Positions 31,227-40,532 of a stretch of 64,000 nt of DNA are shown in pieces. Position numbers and translations under genes: made by a program. This stretch comes from an uncultured virus (IMG/VR IMGVR_UViG_3300028048_000070). Its lineage: Duplodnaviria; Heunggongvirae; Uroviricota; Caudoviricetes. Numbering within the stretch: the first letter of the stretch is position 1; each line of letters begins with the position of its first letter. The DNA lies in the IMG/VR virus record IMGVR_UViG_3300028048_000070, positions 62,001-126,000 of that record. One strand, given 5' to 3'. Under the pieces are notes generated by a model. The model ran no database searches, was not told the DNA's origin, and saw nothing but the letters and a program-made list of their open reading frames with translations.

Positions 31227-32048
31227 ATGCCTAATAAAGATATTACATTATTCGATTTTGCTAAATCGAATGATGATGTGAACCTCAAGAAAACTTGGCT
31301 TAAAGGTGAAGTTATTTTTAAAAATATTGATACAGGCGAGCCTGTTCTTACTCTTCATAATAAAGTAGTTATTGCTGGTTCGCAATTTGTTGCTCAGAAA
31401 GTATTTGATCTTCCTGAACTTGTACATCTTCCTACTTATAATGAATCTCTTGATCTTGAGAATTCTTCTGAACATGGTTCCAATCCTGATAATATTCCTA
31501 AAGCTTGTCTTTTCTGCTGTGGTACTCAAGGTTGTGGTGCTGAAAATTCTCAGGTATATCCTGTACAGTATACTAACAGAATTAAACCTGCTGGAGATCT
31601 TGTTCCGTTTAGATATCAGCTTATTCAGAATGATTTGACCGATGCAGAGAGAGAAATTTATTTTGGAAGAAAAACTATTGCTGAAGCAAATAGAATTGCT
31701 TATTACTTCAAAGCTTTTGAATCAGAACCAACTCTTTATATGAGATATGTAGATGAGACTCCTATTGATGCTACTCTTTATGATTCTCAGAATACTTCTG
31801 ATGCAGAAACTTTTGTAGAGTTTAATCTTAGAATTACTAAGGATGATTTTAGAGATTATTTTAGAGCTACCTCTTCTATTAATGATGCAAGAATTAACTC
31901 TATCTCTATTCTTACTGCTTGGTATGTTTCTGGTGCTGGATATAAGTGGTATCAGGATATTATTCCTCTTACTCAGCTCAATATTCCTAATGAAGCTCTT
32001 ATTGATCTCACGAAGGGAATTGATATTACTTATCATATCTACTTCTAA
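31227..32048 (+). CDS. Virion structural protein (baseplate or tail associated)
   Basis: HNKVVIAG...LVPFRY...YYFKAF...ITYHIYF pattern; high-expression codon bias; context. Confidence 0.55.
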   Translation: MPNKDITLFDFAKSNDDVNLKKTWLKGEVIFKNIDTGEPVLTLHNKVVIAGSQFVAQKVFDLPELVHLPTYNESLDLENSSEHGSNPDNIPKACLFCCGTQGCGAENSQVYPVQYTNRIKPAGDLVPFRYQLIQNDLTDAEREIYFGRKTIAEANRIAYYFKAFESEPTLYMRYVDETPIDATLYDSQNTSDAETFVEFNLRITKDDFRDYFRATSSINDARINSISILTAWYVSGAGYKWYQDIIPLTQLNIPNEALIDLTKGIDITYHIYF

Positions 32049-32072
32049 TCTACTATTAGGAGGTGGATGTAA

Positions 32073-33302
32073 ATGGCTAAGAGGATATCAAAGAAAATTA
32101 CAGATGGTGAATTAAAGAATACTTTAATCAACCTTAAAGAAGAAGATATAAAATCCTCTTTTATATATGATCTTTTTGGAGAATATGATGGGGTTGCTAA
32201 ATGCAACCCCTATGATATTATAGATATACCACCTGGATTTTATGGCCCCGAAAAGCACAAAAATAAAAATGCTTTTACTACTACAGTAGGAATATGGATT
32301 TTTAATAAATGGATGATAGAACCTGATTTATTTGATTTATTTGGGTATATTAATAAAACTATTAATGGTAAGCAATTAGATGAAATAAATCAGCAATTAT
32401 CATATGCTTTAATGGAAGATAGAATAGATGTAGAAGCTCTTAAGAAATTTCTAATGAAAACTCAGCTTGCCATGCAATTTGTTACAGTATTATCCCCTAA
32501 TTATAATGAAGCTATCTTAACTATAACTAAAGTTGTAGATAAAAAGAAAGATGAATTAATTAAAAAATATAAAAAAGAATTAGATGAAGGTGATACTGTT
32601 ATTGCTAAGCAAATAGAGGATGAATTATTAAATTATGCATTAGAGACTCTTAAAGATGATCCTTCATTAGATTCTTTCTTATCAGGTGCAAGATCAAATA
32701 TTGATAACCATTTTAAGAATCTCTTTGTTTGGAAAGGTGCTACTAGAGATCCTAACCCAGAATCTAAACAGGAATTTAGAATTGCTACTTCTAATTATGC
32801 AGATGGTGTTAGGAGAGAAGAATATGGATTATATTCTAATTCTGGAATAGAAGGAGCATATTCTAGAGGTAAGAAAACAGAGCATGGTGGCTATCTAGAG
32901 AATCTTACTACATCTGCTTATCAAGATTTAATTCTTGATGAGCCTGGTACTGATTGTGGTACTACTAGATGTATTGAAGATGTAATAACTAAAAAGAATC
33001 TTAATAGATATATCTATAATAATATTATTGGTCCTAATGGTAAATTAATAGAACTTAATTCTCAGAATGCTGAAAAGTATATTGGTAAAAAAGTAAAAAT
33101 GAGAATGGCATTTCTTTGCCCTCATGAAAAGCCATGTAATGCTTGTGCTGGTAATTTCTATTATAAATTAGGTATCAAGAATGTAGGACTTACTCTGATG
33201 CAAGTATTCTCAATTTACAAAAATAGAACAATGAAAGCTTTCCATGATAGTACAGTTCAGTTAACTGAAATAGATACTATGAAAGCTTTTGGATTAAAAT
33301 AA
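32073..33302 (+). CDS. Phage RNA polymerase beta'-like subunit fragment (bridge helix to trigger loop)
   Basis: SNYADG...KTEHGGYL...DCGT (bridge helix), C...PCNACAG (zinc site) and TMKAFH (RpoC TMRTFH). Confidence 0.9.
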   Translation: MAKRISKKITDGELKNTLINLKEEDIKSSFIYDLFGEYDGVAKCNPYDIIDIPPGFYGPEKHKNKNAFTTTVGIWIFNKWMIEPDLFDLFGYINKTINGKQLDEINQQLSYALMEDRIDVEALKKFLMKTQLAMQFVTVLSPNYNEAILTITKVVDKKKDELIKKYKKELDEGDTVIAKQIEDELLNYALETLKDDPSLDSFLSGARSNIDNHFKNLFVWKGATRDPNPESKQEFRIATSNYADGVRREEYGLYSNSGIEGAYSRGKKTEHGGYLENLTTSAYQDLILDEPGTDCGTTRCIEDVITKKNLNRYIYNNIIGPNGKLIELNSQNAEKYIGKKVKMRMAFLCPHEKPCNACAGNFYYKLGIKNVGLTLMQVFSIYKNRTMKAFHDSTVQLTEIDTMKAFGLK

Positions 33303-33305
33303 TAA

Positions 33306-33707
33306 ATGAATAAGGAAGAATATTATGATCTATTAACAAATAAAACTTTCATCAGAGGGTATGAAAATTTTAATGTTATAGATGCAAAGCATTTAATTAA
33401 TCCTGATGTATTTCCTAGTATATATATTATTACACAGAATGGACAAATTTATTGCATAGCAGATGATTTATATTTAAGATGGGAATATGAAGGTAAATAT
33501 CCTTATGTAAATTTATTATGTAAAAGAAAAGAAGAAGAATCTTTTACTAAAAAACGCTTTCTTATTAAAGATCTTATGGCTTATAGCTATATAAGAAATC
33601 CAGATAGCTATTTAGAGAGAGGTTGTAAGGTAGTTAATATAGATGGCAATCCAAACAATTGTAAATATGATAATATTATTTTTCTAGATGAAGAAAAATT
33701 TAAATAA
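33306..33707 (+). CDS. Degenerate HNH-endonuclease-like protein
   Basis: Y.I..NG.I..., LMAYSYI.NP and VVNIDGNPNNCKYDNI; the catalytic His of V.H.DG.K.NN is missing. Confidence 0.6.
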   Translation: MNKEEYYDLLTNKTFIRGYENFNVIDAKHLINPDVFPSIYIITQNGQIYCIADDLYLRWEYEGKYPYVNLLCKRKEEESFTKKRFLIKDLMAYSYIRNPDSYLERGCKVVNIDGNPNNCKYDNIIFLDEEKFK

Positions 33708-33714
33708 AAAATAA

Positions 33715-33738
33715 AGCCCAGAGATTTCTCTCTGGGCT
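33715..33738. terminator. Bidirectional intrinsic terminator
   Basis: agcccagaga-tttc-tctctgggct between convergent transcription units. Confidence 0.75.
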
Positions 33739-33754
33739 AAATTATTTTTATTAT

Positions 33755-33892
33755 TTATTTTGTAGGTTTAATAATTGTATAATCTGGCTTAATGGTTGCA
33801 TAAGATAAATGTTTACCAAAAGCATCTGTCCAAGATTTGCTAATAACTTCCCAATTAGTTAAAATTAAACCATTAATTGATTTATAATATGG
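33755..33892 (-). pseudogene. 5'-truncated remnant of a 'TNW...PDY' family gene
   Basis: Reads PYYKSINGLILTNWEVISKSWTDAFGKHLSYATIKPDYTIIKPTK*. An in-frame TAA lies directly upstream and there is no start codon. It resembles the C-terminus of 35712-36047. Confidence 0.55.
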
Positions 33893-33903
33893 TTATTTAT
33901 ATA

Positions 33904-34509
33904 CTATTTTCTTAATTTAAAATTCAATCCTTCATATATCTTTACAGGATTTCCTCTTATTACATTATTACCAATCTTCCAAGATTCATTATCTTGGAAG
34001 GCTTTATTCTTTTTCTGTATTTCATTAAGTCTATAATTCAATTCCTCTAAGCATTTCTTTTTATTCATGTATTGTGATCTTTCATCTTGATTCTCTACTA
34101 CAATTCCTGTAGGAATATGAGTTACTCTTACAGCAGAATTTGTAGTATTTACACTTTGTCCTCCATTTCCTGAAGATCTAAATATATCTATTTTTATATT
34201 GCTAGAGTTAATATCAGAATCTACAATCTTAACTTCTGGTATCTCTGATAAACTGATAAACCAATTCTTTCTTTTATGACCTTTTCTTATCGGACTTTCA
34301 CAAATCCATTCTATAGTTCCTATATATTCTTTAATCTTTTTATCATCTGTCATAAAAGTTATAGAACTATTGTAATTAGAAAATTTAGATTTTTTAGAAT
34401 CTATTAATTTAATATCTTTGATTTCTTTTATTAATCTTTTATAAAATAAATCAATAGCCATATTACACTCTGGTGGCGGATTTATTCCTGATGATATTCT
34501 AAATATCAT
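33904..34509 (-). CDS. prfH: Peptide chain release factor H-like protein
   Basis: [29 protein letters not shown] (PrfH signature) and [25 protein letters not shown] (intact GGQ). Confidence 0.9.
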   Translation of the reverse strand: MIFRISSGINPPPECNMAIDLFYKRLIKEIKDIKLIDSKKSKFSNYNSSITFMTDDKKIKEYIGTIEWICESPIRKGHKRKNWFISLSEIPEVKIVDSDINSSNIKIDIFRSSGNGGQSVNTTNSAVRVTHIPTGIVVENQDERSQYMNKKKCLEELNYRLNEIQKKNKAFQDNESWKIGNNVIRGNPVKIYEGLNFKLRK

Positions 34510-35700
34510 TTATTCATTTCCTCCAGCTTTAAAATTGTATACTGGTTTAAGTATATTAATAATATTTACACTAGGTTCTATAGCTTCTCTAATAAGCTCA
34601 ATATCTCTATAAGCAAAAGGAGCTTCATCTAATGTATCTTTAGAAATAGAAGTAGAATAAATTCCCTTCATTTCTTTCTTATACATAGAAGTATTATAAG
34701 TATTTTTAACTTCAGATCTTTTTATAATTCTACCTGCTCCATGAGGAGCTGAGCAATTCCAATCTTCATTATGCTTTCCATTTCCTATAATAATACCATC
34801 TCTTGCATTTATTGGAATTACAACCTTCTCAATAAATTCTGATGCAATACAACCTTTTCTTATCACAAATTTCTCATTATGATCTTTAGAATAGCTCTCA
34901 TAATAATTATGAAAATTATCTATTACATCTATAATCTCTGCATTAATAAAACTACAGATCTTATTAGCAATAGTCTTTCTATTATATTCTGCAAATATTT
35001 CACAGTCTCTAGTGCTTTCAAGATAATCACGTTTTAAATTGTGATTCTCCAGATAAGTGTATTCATATGGAATACTAAAGATTCCATTATCTTTAAGATA
35101 TTTTTGTCCTTTATCATTGTAATATTTATTTACGCATTGACCTAAATATCTACTACCAGTGTGAATACAAATATAATAGAAATCATCTTCATCTTTATCG
35201 ATTTCTATAAAATGATTTCCTCCGCCTAAAGTTCCTACATAAGATAATCCTAATTCAAAATTAATTATTCCTTTCTTATGTAATCTTTCAACAGCACATT
35301 CAAGATTAAATCCAAATCTTAAACTTCCAATATCTTTCTGTCTATTAGATCCATAAGGAATAATATTTCTAATATAACTATCTAATTCCTGTAATAAACC
35401 CTTAGTAATTCTCTTTTTAGGTTTTATTTTATATAATAAAACTCCACAACCAATATCAGATCCTATCATATTAGGAATAATTCTTTCAGGGAATCTATTA
35501 TATATAATAGATAAACCAATAGGACCTACTTTACCAGCATGAACATCAGGCATTATTCTGATCTTACAATCTGAATATGCTTTATTATTACATATTGCTT
35601 TTATCTGTGCTCTAGCATATTGATCAATATCATATTTATCACTATCAACACAAAAGCATTTTGCAATATTATACATTCCTTCGATTAAAATTTCTTTCAT
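34510..35700 (-). CDS. rtcB: RtcB-family RNA ligase
   Basis: MPDVHAG, DIGCG, GTLGGGNHFIE, IHTGSR, HNY, RKG, SAPHGAGR, DEAPFAYR, LKPVYNFK. Confidence 0.95.
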   Translation of the reverse strand: MKEILIEGMYNIAKCFCVDSDKYDIDQYARAQIKAICNNKAYSDCKIRIMPDVHAGKVGPIGLSIIYNRFPERIIPNMIGSDIGCGVLLYKIKPKKRITKGLLQELDSYIRNIIPYGSNRQKDIGSLRFGFNLECAVERLHKKGIINFELGLSYVGTLGGGNHFIEIDKDEDDFYYICIHTGSRYLGQCVNKYYNDKGQKYLKDNGIFSIPYEYTYLENHNLKRDYLESTRDCEIFAEYNRKTIANKICSFINAEIIDVIDNFHNYYESYSKDHNEKFVIRKGCIASEFIEKVVIPINARDGIIIGNGKHNEDWNCSAPHGAGRIIKRSEVKNTYNTSMYKKEMKGIYSTSISKDTLDEAPFAYRDIELIREAIEPSVNIINILKPVYNFKAGGNE

Positions 35701-35711
35701 TATATTTTCTC

Positions 35712-36047
35712 CTATAATAAATTATAATCTGGCATTTTATATAATATATTTAAATTATTTACCACATTATATGTATGCAATGCAGATTGCCAATTTGTTT
35801 CTATTAAATCATTATGTTCTTTTATACTTAAATTTATAGATTTACAAAATTCTATGAATTTATTTTTATTAATACTACTTAATTTTTTATTTGATTTATA
35901 TTCAGCTTTAAAAAGATATATTTCAGATATAATATTATCTTTCTGATCTTTCAATATTATATATGGATTATTTATGTCTGTATTTATAATAAACTCTATT
36001 ACTCCAAAATTTTTTAAATAAAATATATTTATTGTAAATTCTGTCAT
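35712..36047 (-). CDS. Hypothetical protein of the 'TNW...PDY' family
   Basis: First gene after the early motif at 36086-36100; ends TNWQ...MPDYNLL. Confidence 0.7.
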   Translation of the reverse strand: MTEFTINIFYLKNFGVIEFIINTDINNPYIILKDQKDNIISEIYLFKAEYKSNKKLSSINKNKFIEFCKSINLSIKEHNDLIETNWQSALHTYNVVNNLNILYKMPDYNLL

Positions 36048-36085
36048 ATCTATATACTATCCTTTCTTAAAACTATATTCTATTA

Positions 36086-36100
36086 TCAATATTATAATAT
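36086..36100 (-). promoter_or_regulatory. Putative early promoter motif driving the rtcB-prfH unit
   Basis: Reverse complement is ATATTATAATATTGA, identical to 14127 and 24646. Confidence 0.55.
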
Positions 36101-36135
36101 ATAATTATATTTTGATTATACATTAAAATATTAAA

Positions 36136-36164
36136 AGTGAGGAAGGTATTTAGCCTTCCTCACT
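36136..36164 (-). terminator. Hairpin terminator after terminase
   Basis: agtgaggaagg-tatttag-ccttcctcact. Confidence 0.7.
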
Positions 36165-36177
36165 ATATATTTATTTT

Positions 36178-36986
36178 TTATAATCTATTAAATAAATCTG
36201 ATAAATTTCCTGTCAGTGTAGGATCTTTATTAGGATCTTTTTCTATATCATTTCCATAAAATTCTTTATTAATATCATCTAATATATCTACATATCCCAT
36301 TTTCATTTCTTTTTCTATATGGTCTAATGGTATATGATATGCATTACTTATAGCTTCTCTTCCATAAGGAGTTCTCTTTATTTTATCCAAACTCTTTTGA
36401 TCTTCTAATAATTGTTTTTTATATAAATCTTCAAAAGTAATACTCTTTACAGAATTTAATATTTTTAACTGTTCATCTGCTAACTGAGTAGATGGATCTT
36501 CTGTTCTAAATACAGAAGGATCAATATTATCTCCTTCCATATACTCTTCTTCAAGAGAATAAGAAGTTTCATCATAATGATCATCTGTATATATTTCAGT
36601 CTTCATTAAGTGATATCTTGTGGCAAGATCTTCACCATAATAAAAGATATATAAAGCCCATAAATAAGAGAATACTAAATCATCATGAGCATCTTCTGCA
36701 TGTTCAACTTTACCATTTGGTTTAACTACCATAGTAGAAAGTTCATCATATATTTCTTTAGAATTGAATTTATCTCTATGATGCTGCACTCTTTGATAAA
36801 GAAGTTCAATAAGTTTATTTCTAGTAGACTTAGAAGAAGTGCCTCCATAAACTTTTACTCTACGAGTTTTTCTTCGTACGGCTGTACCATCGAATACTTC
36901 TTCATCCATACGATCTTTAATTTCATAATAGAGATTTTTCTTAATAGAAGTTTTGAGCAACATCTGAAGTACTGAAGAACCAAAAC
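36178..36986 (-). CDS. terL: Terminase large subunit, exon 2 (rest of the nuclease domain)
   Basis: GFGSSVLQML...TRNKLIE...ELSTMVVKPNGKVEH...HDDLVFSY continues the RNase H-like nuclease domain. Confidence 0.85.
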
Positions 36987-37387
36987 CATTTATGTTTAGG
37001 AATAGTCGCAAGCTAAACCCTCTAGTTAATTCTAGACACTCTCATTATAAGTAGTGATCAGATCATTTGTTCACCCATATATAAGATATGGGGCAGTATT
37101 TTTCTTCCTCCATAAGCTTGAGGTTCTACTCTCCCGTAAGGAGATGATCGTTGAATGTTTAGCATTTTATTTATAAAAATAAAGAAGCTAATTCACTGCT
37201 ATATCTTGGCTTCTAACAAAGACTTAGGATTTAACCATATCTTTATCCAAACTTTTCTTTCTGATTTCTCAACATTCACGCTTGTCTTTTCAGGCTACGT
37301 TGTAGTAAGTTTGGCTCTTAACCAGTGAGTCATAGCAATTAACACTGAAACCATAGCAGATTACTCTACTAGGTGAGACTTTAGTTG
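36987..37387 (-). ncRNA. Group I self-splicing intron, IA-like, no ORF (~400 nt; exact junctions uncertain by a few nt)
   Basis: On the minus strand: P3 CAGUGUU/AAUACUG, P4 UUGCUAU/AUAGCAG, P6 GUGAAU/AUUCAAC, P7 GAUCAU/AUGAUC, P7.1/7.2 hairpins, P8 CCCAUAU/AUAUGGG, P9 hairpins and a terminal ...AAAUG. It interrupts VENNG|GFGSS. Confidence 0.85.
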
Positions 37388-38810
37388 CTCCGTTGTTTTC
37401 CACGCAGATAATAGCGTTCTTGGCATAATTAGTTACAAATTGATATATAAGATCTGCCAATTCTGGCATAGTAATAAAGTTATTTCTAAATGTAGCAATA
37501 ACTTTAGTAGTTTCAGAATCTACTACTGTAATAGCAGAAGCATCTCTATGTACACCAGAGGATACATCAACTCCAATTAATAATGGATATGTAGATCCTA
37601 TTGGAACAGTATCCCAGAATTTCATTTGGAATTGTCCGGCCTTGCCAAAGAAGAGTGTATAACGAGGTTCTTGCTTAACCATAGAAGAAATAACTTCAAG
37701 ATCTTCTCTATTAAAGGGACTATTATCAGATATCTTGGACCATTCTATTAAAATTTCTCTTCTAAGCTTAGCATAATCAGTACCAAACATTCTTACCATA
37801 TCATCAAAGTATTTAGCACCTTTACCAAGCATTTGATAAGTGTATCTGATATGCATGAAACTAGACTGCTTATTAGATTCCATTAATGCTACTAATTTAT
37901 CATATGAGTAATCATAGTATGCTTCATTCCATTGTGTTGCTATAGAAACCATATTATAAGCAAATTGACCTTCTTTAGTAGTTAAATCTCCAGGAGTAGT
38001 TGTAATTGTTATGTTATGAGGTGCACCATTTTTCTTAGCATTTTGTGATGCTGTAGAAAATGCAGGAGCTGCTGCTGCATATACAACGTCGTTATAAGGT
38101 AAAAATGCGAATTCGTCGAAATATAATAAGGGAACTGTAGCACCTCTTCCTGCACCCTCAGCTAAAGCTTCTGTTCTAGCACCAGGTAATGTTGATATCA
38201 TATTATGGTTTATAGGATTTTGCAATGTTTCAGAACTATTAGGAACTCTTATCTGTTTCCCATCTGGACCTATTACTTGATCCATTCTAAGGTATTCTGG
38301 TAAAGCAGATCTAAAGTTTTTAAGTAATCTAAGATTAGATTTAGAATCATCGTGCTTTTTGTTACTAAATATGATTCTACTATTTTGAGTACCAAAATTA
38401 AAACACCACAGATAATATTGAATCGTACTAACGCTCTTCCCAAATTGCCTGGGCCAAATATTAATACTATTAATATTATACACAAACATATAGTTTAGAG
38501 CTAAATTAGCTCTGTGTAATTCATATCGTTTAGATTGAGCGCCTTCAACTGGAATACGTGCTACTTCTCTAATATAATACCAAAAATTAACAATACATTC
38601 TCTAAGAATCCTTATTTTCATTTCTCTAGATAAATTTGGATCATATGGATTAACTCCCATAAGACCACCATCATACAGAAGTAGAAAAAATGCATTATTT
38701 TTAATACCTTTAGCTTTAAGAAAATAATGCATTTTCATAAAAGATTCATTTTTAGTATTATAATCATAATGTACTTGTATAGGAATTGATGGATTTGTAA
38801 TTATAGCCAT
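37388..38810 (-). CDS. terL: Terminase large subunit, exon 1 (ATPase and start of nuclease)
   Basis: PRQFGKS (Walker A), LYFDEFAF (Walker B), ITTTPG (motif III), LIGVDVSSG...DASAI and ICVENNG. Confidence 0.92.
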
Positions 38811-38837
38811 ATATTACATCCTTTATATATACTAAAT

Positions 38838-38849
38838 TATTGGTGTGTT
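38838..38849 (-). promoter_or_regulatory. Putative late promoter AACA-N6-TA for terL
   Basis: Reverse complement AACA caccaa TA, 28 nt before the terL start. Confidence 0.5.
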
Positions 38850-38905
38850 AAATTTTTATTTTATGATTAATATCTATATAAAAAATAATATAAAGGAGAA
38901 TCTTT

Positions 38906-39616
38906 ATGGACTTATTATATATGGATGCTAATTATTCTAATTTTAATCCTCTTTATCTTATTCTTGGTATTATTCTTGGAGTCCTTATATTATTGATAGA
39001 AGAATTTTTTAGATATAAAAAGGTTAAAGCTAAAATTATGGAAGAAAATTTTCATAGAATTGCTAATTCACCTTCTTTTGTATCATGTGTTTCAGAATAT
39101 ATAAAAAGAAATGAATTTGTTAAAAACATATTAAAAAATAATACTACTTCTCCAGATCTTTTTAAAGATATGGCTAAAGCTTCTCTAGAAAATTCTTTTT
39201 CTAGAGATTATGAAGAGCATATAGAATATATTCCTAATACTACATTAGAAAATCCTCTTACTTATTTATATAAATTTCCATATTTTCCTACATTTGAATC
39301 TAAACAAAAAGTATTCTCTGAAACTATTAGAACTAATAAAATGATAGATGTAGTACTATTGAATTTATATATAGAGCATATAGAAAAGAATATTAAAGAA
39401 TTAGAAGAAGAAGAAAATGAATATAGAGAATTTATTAAGAAACTTGGTGCTGATAAAGAAGGATATGATAATTATGATTATGAAAAATTATTTAGACCCA
39501 GAGATACTAGTGATGATATAAAAGATAATGAAGATACGGATAATGAAGTTAGTTTAGATAGATTAGTATCTATTGGTACTGTAGAAGAATTTGATGATAA
39601 TCTAAAAGAATTTTAA
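38906..39616 (+). CDS. Membrane-anchored hypothetical protein
   Basis: N-terminal TM helix; AAGGAG RBS. Confidence 0.75.
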   Translation: MDLLYMDANYSNFNPLYLILGIILGVLILLIEEFFRYKKVKAKIMEENFHRIANSPSFVSCVSEYIKRNEFVKNILKNNTTSPDLFKDMAKASLENSFSRDYEEHIEYIPNTTLENPLTYLYKFPYFPTFESKQKVFSETIRTNKMIDVVLLNLYIEHIEKNIKELEEEENEYREFIKKLGADKEGYDNYDYEKLFRPRDTSDDIKDNEDTDNEVSLDRLVSIGTVEEFDDNLKEF

Positions 39617-39663
39617 GAAAAAATAAATAGGGGATAGGTATAAACCTACCCCCACATTTTTTT

Positions 39664-40104
39664 TTAATCAGCTTTCTTATTATAGTTATATTCTTTCCCG
39701 CAGATTGGACAGAACATAGCATTTACTTCTCCAAACCTGGTATTTCCATTACCATCAAAGAAGTAAGCTGCCATAAGCCCTGTCCAGTCTTTTCTAGAGC
39801 AAAGAGGGCAACCTTCTTTTCCTATAATAAGAGAAAGTAAATGGTTCCTCTTTTGAATTTTTCTCATAGGCTCTAGCAGCTTTGCAGCTGTTATTCTACT
39901 TATGGAAAAATTCGATACAACATTGTGCGGATTATTTAAACAATCCTCACATGCTTCATTATTTTCTGTAGGCTTACAATTAGATGCATTTTCACAGATA
40001 CTGCATCCAGCTTCAGCCCGATATAAAAATAGCTCTTCATAGAGTCTATTTTTATATATCAAGTCCCATACATCTGTTTCATTCTTTGGAACATAGCAAT
40101 TCAT
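39664..40104 (-). CDS. Cys-rich zinc-binding hypothetical protein
   Basis: CSIC, CEDC, CPLC and CPIC motifs. Confidence 0.7.
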   Translation of the reverse strand: MNCYVPKNETDVWDLIYKNRLYEELFLYRAEAGCSICENASNCKPTENNEACEDCLNNPHNVVSNFSISRITAAKLLEPMRKIQKRNHLLSLIIGKEGCPLCSRKDWTGLMAAYFFDGNGNTRFGEVNAMFCPICGKEYNYNKKAD

Positions 40105-40487
40105 AATACCTCCTTATCTTCATTATTAGAAGAAGTATCAGGGTTATTATGAACTACAAAGAATAATTGAATCTTATAAACTTTACCTTTATCTGGTCCA
40201 TCATCACAAATATACTTACTGATCTCATCCATTGGAATTTTAATTGAAGCATACACTGCTTTACTTTCTTTTATTAACCCTTCAGCCTGCTCAGAATTAA
40301 CATAAAAAACCTCCGGAATCTTTCCAGTTACCATTCCACACATGGCAGATGCATCCATATATAATGCATTATGTCCATTTGGTTTAAATGCTCCATCGCA
40401 ATGTTTTTTACAATTATTACAAAAATTATCCTCCATACACTGTGCAAATAAACACTTAATTTTATTATCCTTTTTCTCATTTGCCAT
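40101..40487 (-). CDS. Cys-containing hypothetical protein
   Basis: AAGGAG RBS; ATGA overlap with the next gene. Confidence 0.7.
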   Translation of the reverse strand: MANEKKDNKIKCLFAQCMEDNFCNNCKKHCDGAFKPNGHNALYMDASAMCGMVTGKIPEVFYVNSEQAEGLIKESKAVYASIKIPMDEISKYICDDGPDKGKVYKIQLFFVVHNNPDTSSNNEDKEVL

Positions 40488-40532
40488 TTTTGTTTTCTCC
40501 TTTTTATCAAGTTTTATTTTATAGCAGGAATA

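Noticed and set aside
37290..37387. ORF-track C-terminus of terL (ATKVSPSRV...) and the TTG start at 37011
   Set aside because: Both are read-through into intron sequence; homology to terminase stops at ENNG and resumes at GFGSS
36987..37391. T4 gene 60-like ribosomal bypass or an intein instead of an intron
   Set aside because: The insert has in-frame stops (not an intein), lacks a matched take-off/landing codon with an adjacent stop, and folds as a group I core
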